A stretch of DNA of 64,000 nucleotides from contig OX597818.1 of NCBI GenBank assembly GCA_951406725.2, positions 77,624,001 to 77,688,000 of the forward strand, written 5' to 3'. The translations under genes were made by a program, and so were the position numbers. The notes beneath the pieces were generated by a model, which was given only the letters and a program-made list of their open reading frames with translations, was not told the DNA's origin and searched no databases. The stretch is from Octopus vulgaris (taxonomy: Eukaryota). Shown piece by piece: positions 13,630 to 27,600 of this stretch (its first letter is position 1; each line of letters opens with the position of its first letter).

Positions 13630-13905
13630 GTTATTCTCCTGCCCTGGGACTGCTGACAGGCTGTCTTTCCTCTATGCCTTTTTCTACCACTACTGTAATG
13701 GCCTCTGCTTTTAAGATCTGATTGATCTCATGCCCTCTCCTACTCCACTAAGGCATTCCTGACTTCCCTACTCTGCCTCTTTTATCACTGACTTTTGTTG
13801 TGTCCAACTCTGCAGGTTCTGCACTAGTCATTATACCTAATCCTTCATTCCAAGAATGTTCCCCCCCCCTGGAATTCTCTTCCTGATTATGGTGTTGACT
13901 TATAA
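13630..13905 (+). mobile_element. Ancient LINE ORF2 C-terminal remnant
   Basis: Translates as LCLFYHYCNGLC*..DLMP and SFIPR..WNSLP, typical post-RT motifs. Confidence 0.6.
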
Positions 13906-13915
13906 AGGTTTAGAG

Positions 13916-14244
13916 CAAGGATTCTCAACCATTTTTTTTTTTATGGACCCTTTTGATTACTATTTTATTCTGGTGGACCCCTGTAGCCATTCAGTGTTTA
14001 AATACTAGTTTCATAGAAACTTCTTTCAAAATTTCTATTTTGTTTTTTTCACATTAAGTTGAACTATGTAAAATGTTAGAGAAAGAAACCGAGTTGTTTC
14101 TTGCAATACATACCAATACATTCACCTAAAGCAAAATTTTTCAGGGGCCTTTAAAATACTATTGCAAGTCCTCGCTTTATCATTTTGTTGTGTGGACCCT
14201 TATATCGACCCTCAGGCCAAATGGACCATGGTGGAGGATTACTG
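13916..14244. mobile_element. hAT (Charlie-type) MITE
   Basis: Imperfect TIRs caagggattctcaacc / ggtggaggattactg. Perfect 8-bp TSD GTTTAGAG at 13908-13915 and 14245-14252. Confidence 0.85.
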
Positions 14245-17200
14245 GTTTAGAGGAACATTAATGGCTTTAATTTTTACCAGTGTAGGAGGACCTCCAAAGG
14301 CCATGGACATTGTACCTTCCTCCAAACACATGCTCTCAAGAGTAGCACACTAGTATTTGATACCACACTTGGAGTAGTGTCTCAGGGAACATTAGTTTAT
14401 AACATTAATAGGAGTGTTAATGGTGGTCATGGCTATTCTACTAAAGCAGTGTTTTAAATTATAACTCAGGTGTATTCTAAATGAAGTGTAAAGTCATTAA
14501 AGATAATTAAAGGCCAATTAGTAGAGTGATGGATAGAATGTCTTGTAGTTTAGTTGTGTAGATTTACTTTTTGAGTTCGAATTCTGCAGATGTTGACCCT
14601 ATCAGTCATCCTTTTTGATGAAATACAGTACCAGTTGTGTACTGGGGGTTGATCTGATTTGCTCACTCTCCACCAACTGCTTTATTTAGAAATTATTGAT
14701 GACAGCAAAGCATTTAAACAGAATTCAACCAGTGTCAAATGCTATGTTAGATTTTGGTGTGGATTCTTGACATCAAATTGTTACTTAATTACTCTGTGTG
14801 TATGTAATCATATTCTTTAAACTTCTAATGAGTTTTTAATTACTAACAGTTAAGTTGTGCAAGTAAGAACTTCAACTTTTAATAGAATAATTCTAGCTAA
14901 GAACCTGCTTAATGCGCAAATAATCTTTTTCTCGTTGTGGCAAGGGTATTTGAGTTCTTGTTTTTTAGTAAATTCTCTGATGGAAATTAATTAATATAGT
15001 CTGAAGAGTTCAGTCCACTTTAAATTACAAAATTGTTTAATTAAATTCAACAAAGTTTGTTTACTGTCTCATCATATATGCATATACTAGTATGCATATT
15101 TACATACAGGTGCACATTGGTGCTGGTGTGGCTGTGTTAGAAGTTGGTAAGAAGTTTGCTTCTCAACTACATGGTTTCAAGTTCAGCCCCACTGTGTGAT
15201 AGTTTGAACAAGTGTAGGTTTACTATAGCCTGGAGTGGACTTGGTAGATGGAAACTGAAAGAAGCCTGTTGTGTTTGTTTACCACCACTTTAACAACCAG
15301 TGTTGGTTTGTTTATGTCCCCATAACCTAGCAGTCTGGAAAAAAGACTAATAGGATAAGTACCTGACATCAAAAGAACTAATAAATAAAGAAAGAAAGAA
15401 CTAGGATTAGTTTGTTCAACTAAACCTTTCATGTGGTGCCCCAACATGGCCACTGTCCAACAGCTGAAACAAGTATAAGATAAAAGATATCTACTCATTT
15501 GCTTATAATTGTTCTTTAAGTGTCCCATATTATTGACATCACAAGATTAAAGGCCTGGTGATGTTGCAAATTTCAGCATTTCACTGGATAAGGCCTTCCC
15601 TTGCCTCATCATGTTTTTTAGGAGGCTAAAACCTGATAGTGCAGGCTTACAAAACTTTATTAGTTATAGCATGTTCCCATTACTTAGATTCATGTTTGTT
15701 GTATGGTTAATCAGAGTTAGCCAACAAGAGGTTGTTAAGTTCTGGTTAAGGTGCCACTATTAATGACTTGTTAACAAGTATTTATTATCTGACTCTTCTC
15801 CTAAAATGTTATTCTTAAAATATACAATTACATCGTTGATATCTCAAAAGTATGAAATAATGCATGCTTAATTCAAAACAAGTGTGAATAAATAAGCATT
15901 ACATTTGACAGAGTAATCTGAGTGCTGAAGGGTTCACATAGATTTAATGTAAACATATTCATCTCATCATTTATTCACTCAACAATAATCTCTCTTAGAA
16001 GAATTGTTTTATATGGACAGTTTTACAAATATGGGCATTGTTCAACGATGTTGATATCAAGACACATGGGAGTGTCTTCAGTTCTGATACAAACTTCCTT
16101 ATTTAAAGTGATTGAAGTTAAAACCTTCCATCAAAATTTCATTTTGAATTATGTTCCAAGCACCAGCTTAATAATAACAAAGTTATTTTACGAAGCACTT
16201 TCTTTACTTTTGAAATTAATTGGGGGAGGAAAAAAAGGGTTGTGTATTTTAGCAGAAATATGGTAAGAAAAGGTGTAAGCCCCAAGCCAGCTTTGTTTGA
16301 GTAGACCTGAAATATAGTCATTTAACCAGGTGTGTACATGCATGCACATGTGCAAACACATATGCACATCAGCTCACACATTTACATGCACACATTTGTA
16401 CATGCATGCTCTATGTGTCAGTCTGTCTGTCACTATTTCTTCTTTCTCTTGGTCTCATGCATACACATTCTCTCTCTCTCCCTCCCTCCCTCCCTCTCAC
16501 ATACATACACACTCTCTGTCACACATTCTTTCTCTTTCTTTTTCTCTTACACATGCTTTCTGATAAGCATGTGCTTGCACATAAAGCTCTCTCTGTCTCC
16601 CCACATACAAACACCTACTTACATAATTTAATTCATGCATATACCCACTTGTTGTCTTCTCATTTATTCCATAATTTTGAAATACCATTAGTTTTCATCA
16701 AACTTACATTCTTCATTGTTGTTGAATTCCATAATTTACTTGTTTTTGTTCTGAACAAGAAACTGCTTGGTATTTTATCTTGCACATTTCTCTGGGGCTT
16801 ATTCCACATACATTTGACATAAAGCTGGATATAATTAATCAACATTTACCATTGATTATGAGAGAGAGAGAGAGAGTACTGGTGTTTGATATTTGATTCT
16901 ACCCTATGGCAATATCTCTATCTCTCAGACCCTGCCTTATTGTTGATAACATGCCCTATTGTTGGCATCTGTTGAATAACTTTGCCTGATGCTAATTCTA
17001 GCACTTTAGCTATGATGTCATATCTTCTTAACAGAAAAGGAAGTAAGGACTAACTAACTGTACACCAACATTTCCTCTCTAATCATTGGCTTCTTGCCAT
17101 CCACTGCTCACATGGACTTGTGGAAATCAAGTTTTGTAATGATGCAGTAGAGTAGACTTAAACATCAAACTTGTATTTATTTATTGAACATAAAGGACTT

Positions 17201-17788
17201 CCAAAAAACAACAAACAAACAAACGATGGGAAAACTTCAGTTTTCTCCAAAAAGATGTAAATTGTAAATCCACTGTAATAGGTCATGGTAATAATATTAT
17301 CTACAACATAAAATTCTTGTCCTTCCTATTTCTTCCACTTACTTTTCTGATAGCCTATTTTGGAAGCCGAACCCATTTCGTTTCAACCAGTTTTTGTTTT
17401 TGTTGTTTTCTTGTTTGTCCTTTTCCTGAAATAGCCTTCCCTAGCACACTTATCTAACTTTTGCGTTCATCCTCCTCTCTACCCCCTCCCTCCCCACCCC
17501 CTCTCTCTCTCAGATGGTTGGCAAAGAGCCAGTAGATAACAGTAAATAGAAAGTGTCTTAAAGAAAGGATTCAATGAATTATCTGCTTATTATTTACTTA
17601 CATAATGACTACATTGCTTCACTGATAAACATTTTACACTTCAGACATAAGAAAACAGACAACTTCAATTTAATTTAGACTTTGATGTTTAGCTTTTCTT
17701 ACTTACCTCATATAAAATTGGAATCAACAGCAAAACAGCTATACCAGGTTAGTAGTATTGATTCAAACTACTATAATTAGTTGAAAAC

Positions 17789-17838
<50 letters not shown>

Positions 17839-19386
17839 AACATGATGGCTATTGCTGTTAGTCATATCTAGTGAATCATTAAGATTGCTAACCTAACTAA
17901 CCCCATACATATGGAAGTAGTTTCCCATAATCTAGACTGTGTATTATCATACTTTCTTCTATATTCCCAGTAGCAAAAAATAAAAAATAATAAAAAAGAG
18001 AAACTTTTTAGAAAAAGAAAAGGTAAAAAACTGAAAATTTATTATAGAATATTTTATTAGTAAACCATTCTGCACTGGTAAAACTGTTGCCTCTTTACCT
18101 CTCTGTCAGTTGTCTACAGTGTTTCTCATTTAATAACTGTGATCAAAACTTTATTTACCAATACCTTGATCTCAATCTCCAGTCAGTTTTACGGTGTTTA
18201 TTGTATATTACCTAAAGCGTAGTCCACCTGTATTGGATAAGTTTTTTAAAGCCATCCATTTTGTAGTAATCCTTCTGTAATATTTTGAGGACACAGTCTT
18301 CTTGACAATATGCAAAAGAAAATCCAGTTGACCAGTCACACTCACAAGTCTTATTTCTGCCACCTGCTTTTAAAAGGTCTTTATATTGTATACAATGTCA
18401 AACTAATCCCAGTTACTAATCAATCTATGATACCAAATGTTTCTTGTCATTCTCCATTCTCACTTCATTGGCTATTTACTTATAGAAATTTTTTCAGTTT
18501 GAACAGGCCAAAACCTTGTCTTTTTGTCTCTGCAGTCTCAATCCAAAATATGTCTCTATATAGCTTTTCATGTTCTTACACTACTAAATGTTCCCTTTGA
18601 TTTTTCATGTGTCCTCATTCACTTTCACATCCCTTCAACATTTTGCATTACAATTGAAATCCTTCCTTTTTGTTGACAATTTTCCTATATTTTGTTCTAT
18701 GATAAATGTTTCTATTAAAAAACATGTTTTATTCTGTTCAGCAATATACCTTAATGTGAGATTACTAAGTTATATATTCTAAATCTAATCATTAAACACC
18801 TTCATTTTAATTACATGAATCCTTTCTGAAATTATTGTTACAGTTGGTGTTGTTGTGTATATGAATGTGTATATTTTCCTGCAGCTTCAACTTCACTATC
18901 TACAACAGTTTAGCTATTTTTATCATCATTATCATTGTCTACCTAACCAACAACTACGCTATGTACATAATTAATTTTTCTAAAATTTGGCTCCTCTGCC
19001 AAATATTCTCTCAGTTTTTAAGAACTTTATTTCTTAAAATCTTACTTAGACTATATTGTTTTCTTATTGCACTATGAACACTACAACATATTTATTTAAA
19101 GGAAAAGCATTTTAAGCTGGCAAACATTTTCACATGTTTTTAATTCCATCTTTACTACGTACATCTCTCTTTTTATACACACACACGTATAAATATACAC
19201 TTTCTCTTTCTCTCATTATAATTTTAGCAGTTCTTCGTTAACTGATGTTATTTAAAATATTTTGACCAAAGAATTTTTCCCTTATCAATACAGAGAAAGT
19301 AAGCAGGAAAAGATGGTGTCTGTGTAGAGATAGTCATATTGACAAGTAGATACACATATGTGAGTGAATGTTAGTGTTTCTGTGTG

Positions 19387-19424
<38 letters not shown>

Positions 19425-19469
19425 GAACAACAATTTTATTGACATCTATTTCATATCCATCATTTACAG

Positions 19470-19589
19470 AGAGCTCGTAAAATATATGCTAAGTCTCCAT
19501 CAGAAAAAAATAAAGAGGAATTAAATGAAAAAGAACGGACTGTTAATACTTTGGAAACTCGCCTACGACAACTGCAAAGTGAATTTCCT
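19470..19589 (+). CDS. ARHGEF11/12: RhoGEF exon, coiled coil (RARKIYAKSPSEKNKEELNEKERTVNTLETRLRQLQSEFP), phase 0-0
   Basis: tttacag acceptor, gtaagt donor, 120 nt open; heptad-like and continues the previous exon. Confidence 0.87.
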
Positions 19590-20168
19590 GTAAGTATAAG
19601 ACTCATGCTTTTCATGTTTGCTGGTATTTGGTGGAGAAAAAAAAAACAAAAAAAAAACTCCTTGTATATTTGTAAACATATACCGGATTGTTTCAAACAA
19701 AAAGTCCTTAAACATGATTTTGTAACACGAGAAAAATGTTTATTGTTTTATTGAAATTATTTTCTTGGTGAATAGAATTTTTACTAAAATTTTCATATCT
19801 TAGGACTCTGAAAACAGAATTTCTAGGTACAGACATAGCTATACGTTTAAGAAGCTTGCTTTTCAGCTACATAGTTTCACATTCAGCCAGACTGCGCAGC
19901 ACCTTGGGCAAACATCTACTATAGCTCCAAGCTCACTATTTATGTATGTATATGTATGCTTGTATTTATCACTCCTGCCACTTAACTGGTGTCAGTTTGT
20001 TTATGTCTCTGTAACTTAGTGGCGTGACAAAAGAGACCTATAGAATAAGTGTCTGACTTAAAAATTAAGTACAGGGGTTAATATGTTCAACTAAACTCTT
20101 CAGAATGGCGCCCCATCATGGCTGCAGTCCAATGACTGAAGCAAAAGATAAAAGATATATATAAATAT

Positions 20169-20200
<32 letters not shown>

Positions 20201-23200
20201 AACTTTTTATAACATGGCCATATTCAAGAAAGATGTATAGACAAATCAAAAGATTATCTGGTCATTCTAAGGGAGTTTTTGTGTGTGTGAGTAAATTCAA
20301 AAGTGTCTGATTTTTTGACGAGTCAGAATGAAGAGTCTGTTAATGATAGATTTTTTATTATTGAATGTATGAGAAGAAAATCTTTAATTAGAAGATACTT
20401 TAACATAACAGACCATATTAGAAATGTTAAAACCATATCTTGTTTGTTTTTCTGCTGCAAATCCAATGACACGTTGGCAATAACTTGTCATTTATATGGT
20501 GGTGGGCATGAGAGTGCATGTGCAACAACATAGCTGTAAGATTATTTTTATGCACTGAAGAATGGCTGGAACAAAGGTGGTACTGGTTTGTTTATCATCA
20601 TTACTGGATGTAACTAATTTAGGGACGCTTTTTTTTTGTTCCTCTAAGACATTATCATTCTTACTGTTTCCAGCATCATCATTTCATATCCACTCTTCAT
20701 GTTGGCATGGGTTGGATGGTTCAAAAGGATCCAATGAGCCAGAGAACTACACTTTGCTTCAGTGTCTCAGTTTTGGCATATTTTCTATGGTTGGATGCTC
20801 TTACTAACACTAACCACTTTACAGAGTGTACTGGGTGATTTTTTTTTGTTTATGGCACCAGCACATGTGAGTTTGTCATGTAACTTTCAAAACTTTGAGC
20901 CCCTTTGACTGAGAGGGAGTAGAATAGAGTGGGCAGTAGCTTTATGCATGATACTGCAAGTTGAAATAAGGGAAAAGAAGTAGTCTGGTAATGTAGAAGA
21001 GATACAAGGGTACCCTGCATTACATAAGGGTGCATGAGAGTAAATAGGATGGAGCCAGAAAGAGAGAAAGTTAAAGGTGACAAGATGTTAGAGTATATCT
21101 ACAAGGTATGAGAAGGCAAATAGAAGAAAGCATAGGAGACATTTTAGAATAAAGTTCAAAACCATCATTTAATGTCTGTTCTCTATGCTGACATTTGTTG
21201 GATGGTTTGACAGGAGTTGACCAGCTGGAAAGCTGTTCAGGCTCCCTATCTGTCTTGGCATGGTTTCTATGGCTGGATGCTCTTCCTATCACCAACTACT
21301 TTACAAAGTTATCTGAATAAGCTGACAATTTGTTCTTGTTGATTCCTAAGTCACTTCTGATCAATTACATCTATGTTCAAAAATGTTCCTTTTGTCTGTA
21401 TCTTACTTTTTCAGACAATATATTTAGGACTACATTATCGATTGCCTTTTTTAAGATGGTTGTGTTTGATTTGAGAGAAATTTGGCTGCTATTTATAAGT
21501 CAATTTATTACATCAACACACTCTCACTAGATATTTTTGTCAAATGGAAACCAGTCAGGCTTTACTTTCATTAAATTAAATGGAGACATTGTGTCATAGG
21601 TATCATTGTGACTTTTGATGTTAGTGAAGTAGAATTACTTTTATTAATGATATGATAGTTACAGTGATGTATATAAAGTAAATAACTACAATGGAGCCCA
21701 TGCTTCTACAAGTTACATCTACAAGAGGAGCTAAAATTAATAATGAGCCACTTGTTACTCTCACAGTACTAGGTTCTCCCTACTTTCATTGAGCAATCTG
21801 CTTTTTTTTTTAAATATCTTTTATTTTGGTAATTAATGTAATTCTCCCCTAACATAAAACCTATCTAATGCTGACATACAAATTAAAAGTTGACCTACTA
21901 AAATGAACTGTTAGTTGCTGTGGTGTGGTTTGGTTGATGAGAGAAGAGGAAGTCATTTTTATGATCTTCTCTGTAACCTTTCACAGATTGGTTTAAATGC
22001 TGTTATTCATTTGCACAAGAAACACTGAGACTATTTCTGTCCTATTATGATTTAATGTTAGAAGAACAGAAACAATAAGAAAGTATTTTGTTGCTTTATT
22101 CTTCTTACATAGAACAGTGCTGGCTGCAAAATCACAATGTTTCATTAGTCTTTGCCACTTCTTGAAACTTTTGAATCCTGTGTACATTCAACATTATTAT
22201 GTGTGGTTCAATTAGGCAGAGGAAATCTGGCTTATTATATAGATTGGTGGGAAAATGCATAGAGATAGGCTGGTTGGGGGCGGGGACAAAGAAACAAATG
22301 TAATCCCCAGTAGGTGAGAAGCTGCTAGGTGCTAGAAGTCTTCTTAGTCATGATGTATCTGATGTTGTACTTTTGTACTTTCAGCAGCCAGAATTTTCTG
22401 ATTCTTTTACACTTGTGAGACGAGTGTGGGAATTAGATATTTTATGAGGTTATGACACACACGCACGCGTGCGCACACACACACATTTCTAAGTTTTTTT
22501 ATTTTCTCTATTTATTTTTTTCTCTTAATCCTTTCTGTTAAAGAGCATAGGCTTGAGACATAAAAGACTTTTCTATTTTTCCTGAGCATTAAACTAATAC
22601 ACCTGCTTGTTGTTCCTACACCTCTCTTTGTCTTTTGTTTTCTGTAAATTTGAACTATATATATTCTTTTATTCTTTTACTTGTTTCAGTCATTTAACTG
22701 GGTCTGTGCTGGAGCACAGCCTTGGAGGCTTTTAGTCAAACAAATCGACCCCAAGACATTTTTTTTCTTTTTAAGCTTAGTACTTATTCTCTCAGTCTGT
22801 TTTGGTGAACCACTAAGTTACGGGGACATAATTGCACCAACACCAGCTGTCAAGCGGTGATGGGAGGACAGACACAAAAACACACACAGATATATACATG
22901 GAGATATATATATATATATAGCCCACTTTGCTGAGTGGTTGGTGTTAAGGGCATCCAGCTGTAAAAATCCTGCCAAATCAGTAACAGAAGTCTAGTGCAG
23001 GCTTCTTCCTGGCCAGCTTTTGTCAAACTGTCCCACCCATGCCAGTATGGAAACAAGCTTTAAATATTGATGATGATGATACGATGGGTTTGCTTCAGTT
23101 TCTGTCTACTAAATTCACTCACAAGGCTTTGGTCATCCCATGGGTATAGTAGAAGATACTTGCCAAAGGTGTCACACAGTGGGATTGAACCTAGAACTTT

Positions 23201-23429
23201 GTGGTTGGGAAGCAAGCTTTTTATCACACAGCCACACCTGCACCTACACACACACACACACAGGGTGAGAAAGAGAAGATAGGTGCCTGGCATTACATTA
23301 AATGATAAATTTAAACATTTAAACAGAAGCATAACAAGGAACAAACAAGGCAATTCACACACAATACATGGACATGCTCTTTCCTCATCAGTTCCTTGTT
23401 GTGGTTCTGTTTAATTTTTGAAGCTTAAG

Positions 23430-23770
23430 TGCTTGTGTGGTACCACATAAAAGCTCCCATGCGATGTCACGTAAAAGTGTCCTTGTGACATCATGTAAAA
23501 GTATCAGTGTGGTGCCACATTAAAGTGCCCATTTGATGCCACATAAAAGCACCCATGTGGTGCCACATAACAGCACCTGTGTGGTGCCATGTAAAAGCTC
23601 ACAGCACACTCTGTAAAGTGGTTGGCATTAGGAAGGGTGTCCAGCTGTAGAAACCATGCCAAATCAGACTGGCGTCTGGTGCAGCCCCACCAGCTTGCCA
23701 GCTCTGGGTTCACTGTCCAACTCATGCTAGCATGGGCAATGAGCATTAAATAGTGATGATGATGATGATA
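23430..23770 (+). mobile_element. SINE family C copy with expanded internal 22-23 bp tandem (gtggtgccacrtaaaagcacccat, about 7 units)
   Basis: Tandem units run into cactctgtaaagtggttggcattaggaaggg...catgctagcatgg..(GAT)n. Other family copies at about 3320-3525, 4520-4700, 11919-12100, 20677-20870, 43840-44050, 50243-50400, 55455-55617. Confidence 0.8.
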
Positions 23771-25071
23771 TGTAGACACACTCGTATGTATATATATATG
23801 GGTACATATGAATATATCTATAAACATACATATATCATCATCATTTAGCGTCCGCTTTCCATGCTAGCATGGGTTGGACTATATAAACATATATTTGTAC
23901 ATGTGAATGTATATTTAGGCACAAGCATGGCTGTGAGGTTAAGAAGCTTACTTTGCAACTATGTAGTTTTGAGTTCAGTTTCACTTGTGTAGTACCTTGG
24001 GTAAGTGTCTTCTACTATAGCTCCAAGCCAACCAATGCCATGCAATTGAATGTGGTTAATGGAAACTGTGAAGCCCATCATATTTACATATATATTAAGA
24101 AGGAGTAAGTAGAGACAAATAGAAAAGGGTCATGAGATCTATAGCAGATAGGAACCAAAACAGGGAGTTGTTGCCTTTTATGGCAACAAAATGGGGTTTT
24201 TTTCACCCTCCTTTTTTTTTTCTGTGCTAAAGACTGATTATTATGTTTGGTATGTGTAAGACAGTGAGCTGGCAGAATCGTTATCATGTCAAACATTATT
24301 TCTTCTAGCTCCTTATGTTTTGATTTCAAATCTTTCCATGGTCGACTGTGCCGTTCATCCTTCGAGGAGGATAAAATTAAGTACCAGTGGATTACTGGGG
24401 TCGATGGTATCAACTAATGTGTTCCCCCTAATATTGGTGGCTTTGTTCCCAAAGTTAGAATTAATTATGTTAGGTATGTGAAAAGAGCATGATTGTGCTT
24501 GACTGTGTGATTCAGGCTTTGAATATGGTATATTTACAGAAGTTAGAATGGTGTTTGTAGAATGATCTGTTGGATGGATAACATTAATTTCAGTGGAAGC
24601 AAATTCTAAGTATAAGGTGATGATAATGACTTTTGGATATTGATTTCTTTGTAGTTGAATTTTCAGGGACTGAATTGAGGGTTTATTATTATTATTATTT
24701 TTTTTTTTTTTGAGTGCCGGCATACCTCAACTTAGATTATTTCAAGTTAGGTCTTTTTCCACTTTACGTCATTCTTTTAAAGAAATTAATGGAAAGAAAC
24801 TTCACTGTCGGTCTGCTTATCCACCTTTACATTGGTCTCAGTGAGCATATTTAAAAGCATAAAAGTTAAGAAAAAAAAAACATAACTATAATCAAGTGAA
24901 AAGTCTAATAAACTACATTTGAAAATCTTTAGAAACTATTCAGATATCATCTAATAAAGTTTATAAAATATTTTCCCATGTTATGTCATTTTTTGAGGTA
25001 TGTTTGTATATATTTCTTGATGACACAATTTCTACTTTATTCTATGTTTTACTCTTTTATTTTCTCTTCAG

Positions 25072-25116
25072 AGTGACTTTGTTGAACTAGGACTTCCAGA
25101 TCTTTCTTCAGGACGG
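25072..25116 (+). CDS. ARHGEF11/12: Small candidate exon (SDFVELGLPDLSSGR), phase 0-0
   Basis: Long polypyrimidine tract ending ttcag, CGG|gtgtgt donor, 45 nt, frame-preserving; no homology support I can recognise. Confidence 0.55.
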
Positions 25117-25871
25117 GTGTGTATGAACCTTGACATTCTCAATGATTGCTCTCCCTCTTTTTTCTCTCTTGCAGTTGATACTTGAGACAGTCTAGGCTAA
25201 ATTAGTATTTCTGAGAAGCACAAGCGTTTTCTTTGAATAGAATCTATAATAATATTTATTGCATTTGACCAGCTACAAATATTTAATTTATTCATTCATT
25301 GTTTATTGTTGAGAAACGGTTAACCCTTAATTTTCAAAAAAAAAAGTGCAGAATTTAGTAAAATAACTTTGTCATTATGCTGGTATCTGAAGCATAAAAT
25401 AAACATGAAATTTTAATGGATAGTTTAAATTTGGATTACTTTAAAAGCAGCAGGAAGTTTGGATCAAAAGGGTTGGTCAAATACCAAAACAACCACCCAG
25501 CCCTCCCCCTCTCTCCATGCACAAAATTTTCATATTTTTGTTTTGGAGAACATTTATTATAAATAATGTTGGATGCCAAGAGTAGATTTCTTTCTGCTGC
25601 AAACATTTGGATCAGCCAGTTCTATTCATGTTTCATGTGTTCTCTGTAGATATTGACTTACTGTCAGCTCCATTAATCTCTATTAGTTAAAAAAAAAACT
25701 GCTGAGAACAGTATGGGTACTGTCCCCTCTCACCTGATCCACTTATTTTTAAAATAACAATAAAAAAAAAAACCCTTCTATCCAGAAAATGTAGTGGACA
25801 ATTCCTTCTTTTGGAACCATTTATTTATAATGACTAATGCTACAATCAGTTAATCAGACATGAGTGTATTG

Positions 25872-27151
25872 GGATCTTTCAGTTTGGCTCACAGATTTTT
25901 TTTTAATTAATTTTTTTTTAACTAAACAGTTTAAAACTTTGTATACTGGAGTAATTTCTCATGCAGAACATGGTTTACTTCGAACATTTTTGACAAAATT
26001 TCATATTTCAGAAGTTATTTTGTGTTAAAGTTGTATTTGGGTAATTTTTACCAATCAACGATGTGTATTCAGTTGAAGGAAGCTACTGCTGTTTGTGATA
26101 GTAATTGAAGAGGAACAACTTCTGGGTCATCTCTACTAAATGTCACCACTCTGTTCTATTTTATTTTTTATTTACTACCCTTTTTTTTTTGTTCGTGTAT
26201 CGGAGAAACCAGTAAACATCGAAGAATCAACAACCAGAAAGGAAGAAATACATATATTTATTCATTTGCCCGACATTGGTATTTAAACCACTGGATTGAA
26301 TTTGGGGGAAAATTTTGGTTTTATCCACACAGAGCACATCAGTGTTTAAAAGACCTATAGAGCTACAGATCCACAGCGAGCTTTTTTGTTGTTGACATGT
26401 ATGCAATTTCAAAATGCCTTATTTTACAACTATGAGATGTATTGTTATTGTTATAATTTTATCTTACTATAATCAACAACAAACATGTTTCGGCAATATG
26501 AAAGTCTTTATTAGATTAAAAATAACATTATCGAAGCATGAAGGTAAAACAAAACAAAATATACTTCTAGGAACCAATGTATTATAGCCATAGTCTTTCA
26601 TGTTGTTCACCAACCAACCTTTCCTCTGAAAAAATCAGTGGAATCAGTTGATCCCCAGACACAAATTATTTTCCTCCTGAAACTTATAGAAATGTACACA
26701 TATTAAGTGCACCTCTCTATAAGCTGTACACTAAATTTTCCAGGTAAAAATAGTGGCTTATACACCGGACAAAACGGTAATTGTATTGGCAGTGACAAGT
26801 TTCCTCACTGGCTGGTAGTTGATAGTGTAGAGGTGGCTGTCTGCCAGTAGAGAGGGAAAGAGTAAGGAATGCCCAAGAACAGAGTGGTGATATTTTGTAG
26901 AGATGACTGGGAAGTTGTTCTTCTTCGATTACTATTGCAAACAGCGGTAGCTTTCTTTAACTGAATACATGTCATTGATTGGTTAAAATTACCCAAATAC
27001 GACGACTTTAACAAAAAATAACATGAAATTTTGTCAAAAATGTTCAAAGTAAACCATGTTCTGCATGAGAAATTACACCAGTATACAAAGTTTCAAGCTG
27101 TTTAGTTAAAAAAATTAATTAAAATATTTGTGAGCCAAACTGAACAGATCT
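25872..27151. mobile_element. Non-autonomous DNA transposon with about 135-140 bp TIRs (Mutator/foldback-like)
   Basis: gatctttcagtttggctcaca...tgcagaacatggtttactt..acatttttgacaaaatttca at left is mirrored at about 27020-27150. Degenerate flanking 8-mers gtgtattg / atgcattg. Confidence 0.8.
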
Positions 27152-27600
27152 ATGCATTGAAAGTTATAAACACATGCAGATTTACAACACGCACTTCCAT
27201 TATATATACATATATGTGTGTTGTTGTTGATGTTGCTGTTGTTTCCTGGTGTAATTAAGATGTAAAATACTGTTCTAGTTTTGTTAGTAATGCCTTCATC
27301 TCTTGAGTAAGCTCTGCCTTTCTTTCTTGCTAGTGCCTGTTCACTATTATTCTCTTAACACTACTACCAGCTTCTTTTCTGATCTCACATACATATATTA
27401 TTAATTCCTTTGGCAAACAAATCTTTAATGCCTTTTAAAAATTAGAAAAATTTCTTCTCTTGCAAATGAACTTAACATTTCCTCAGCATAGCTGTTGCAC
27501 AATTAAGAACTATTTATTTACTTTCTAAATACTCACTTTTATATATATATAAAACTATCCAGTTATACACAAAATACTATATATATATATATATATATAT

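Noticed and set aside
17514-17541. Acceptor-like (CT)n-cag followed by ATGGTTGGC...
   Set aside because: The best donor gives 28 nt (frameshift) and it would interrupt the coiled coil.
18050-18800. Possible very old LINE endonuclease remnant on the minus strand
   Set aside because: Too degenerate to support with identifiable motifs by eye.
23430-23610. CRISPR-like regularly spaced repeats (also 61045-61200)
   Set aside because: Eukaryotic intron; the units are degenerate tandem copies inside a SINE, with no unique spacers and no cas genes.
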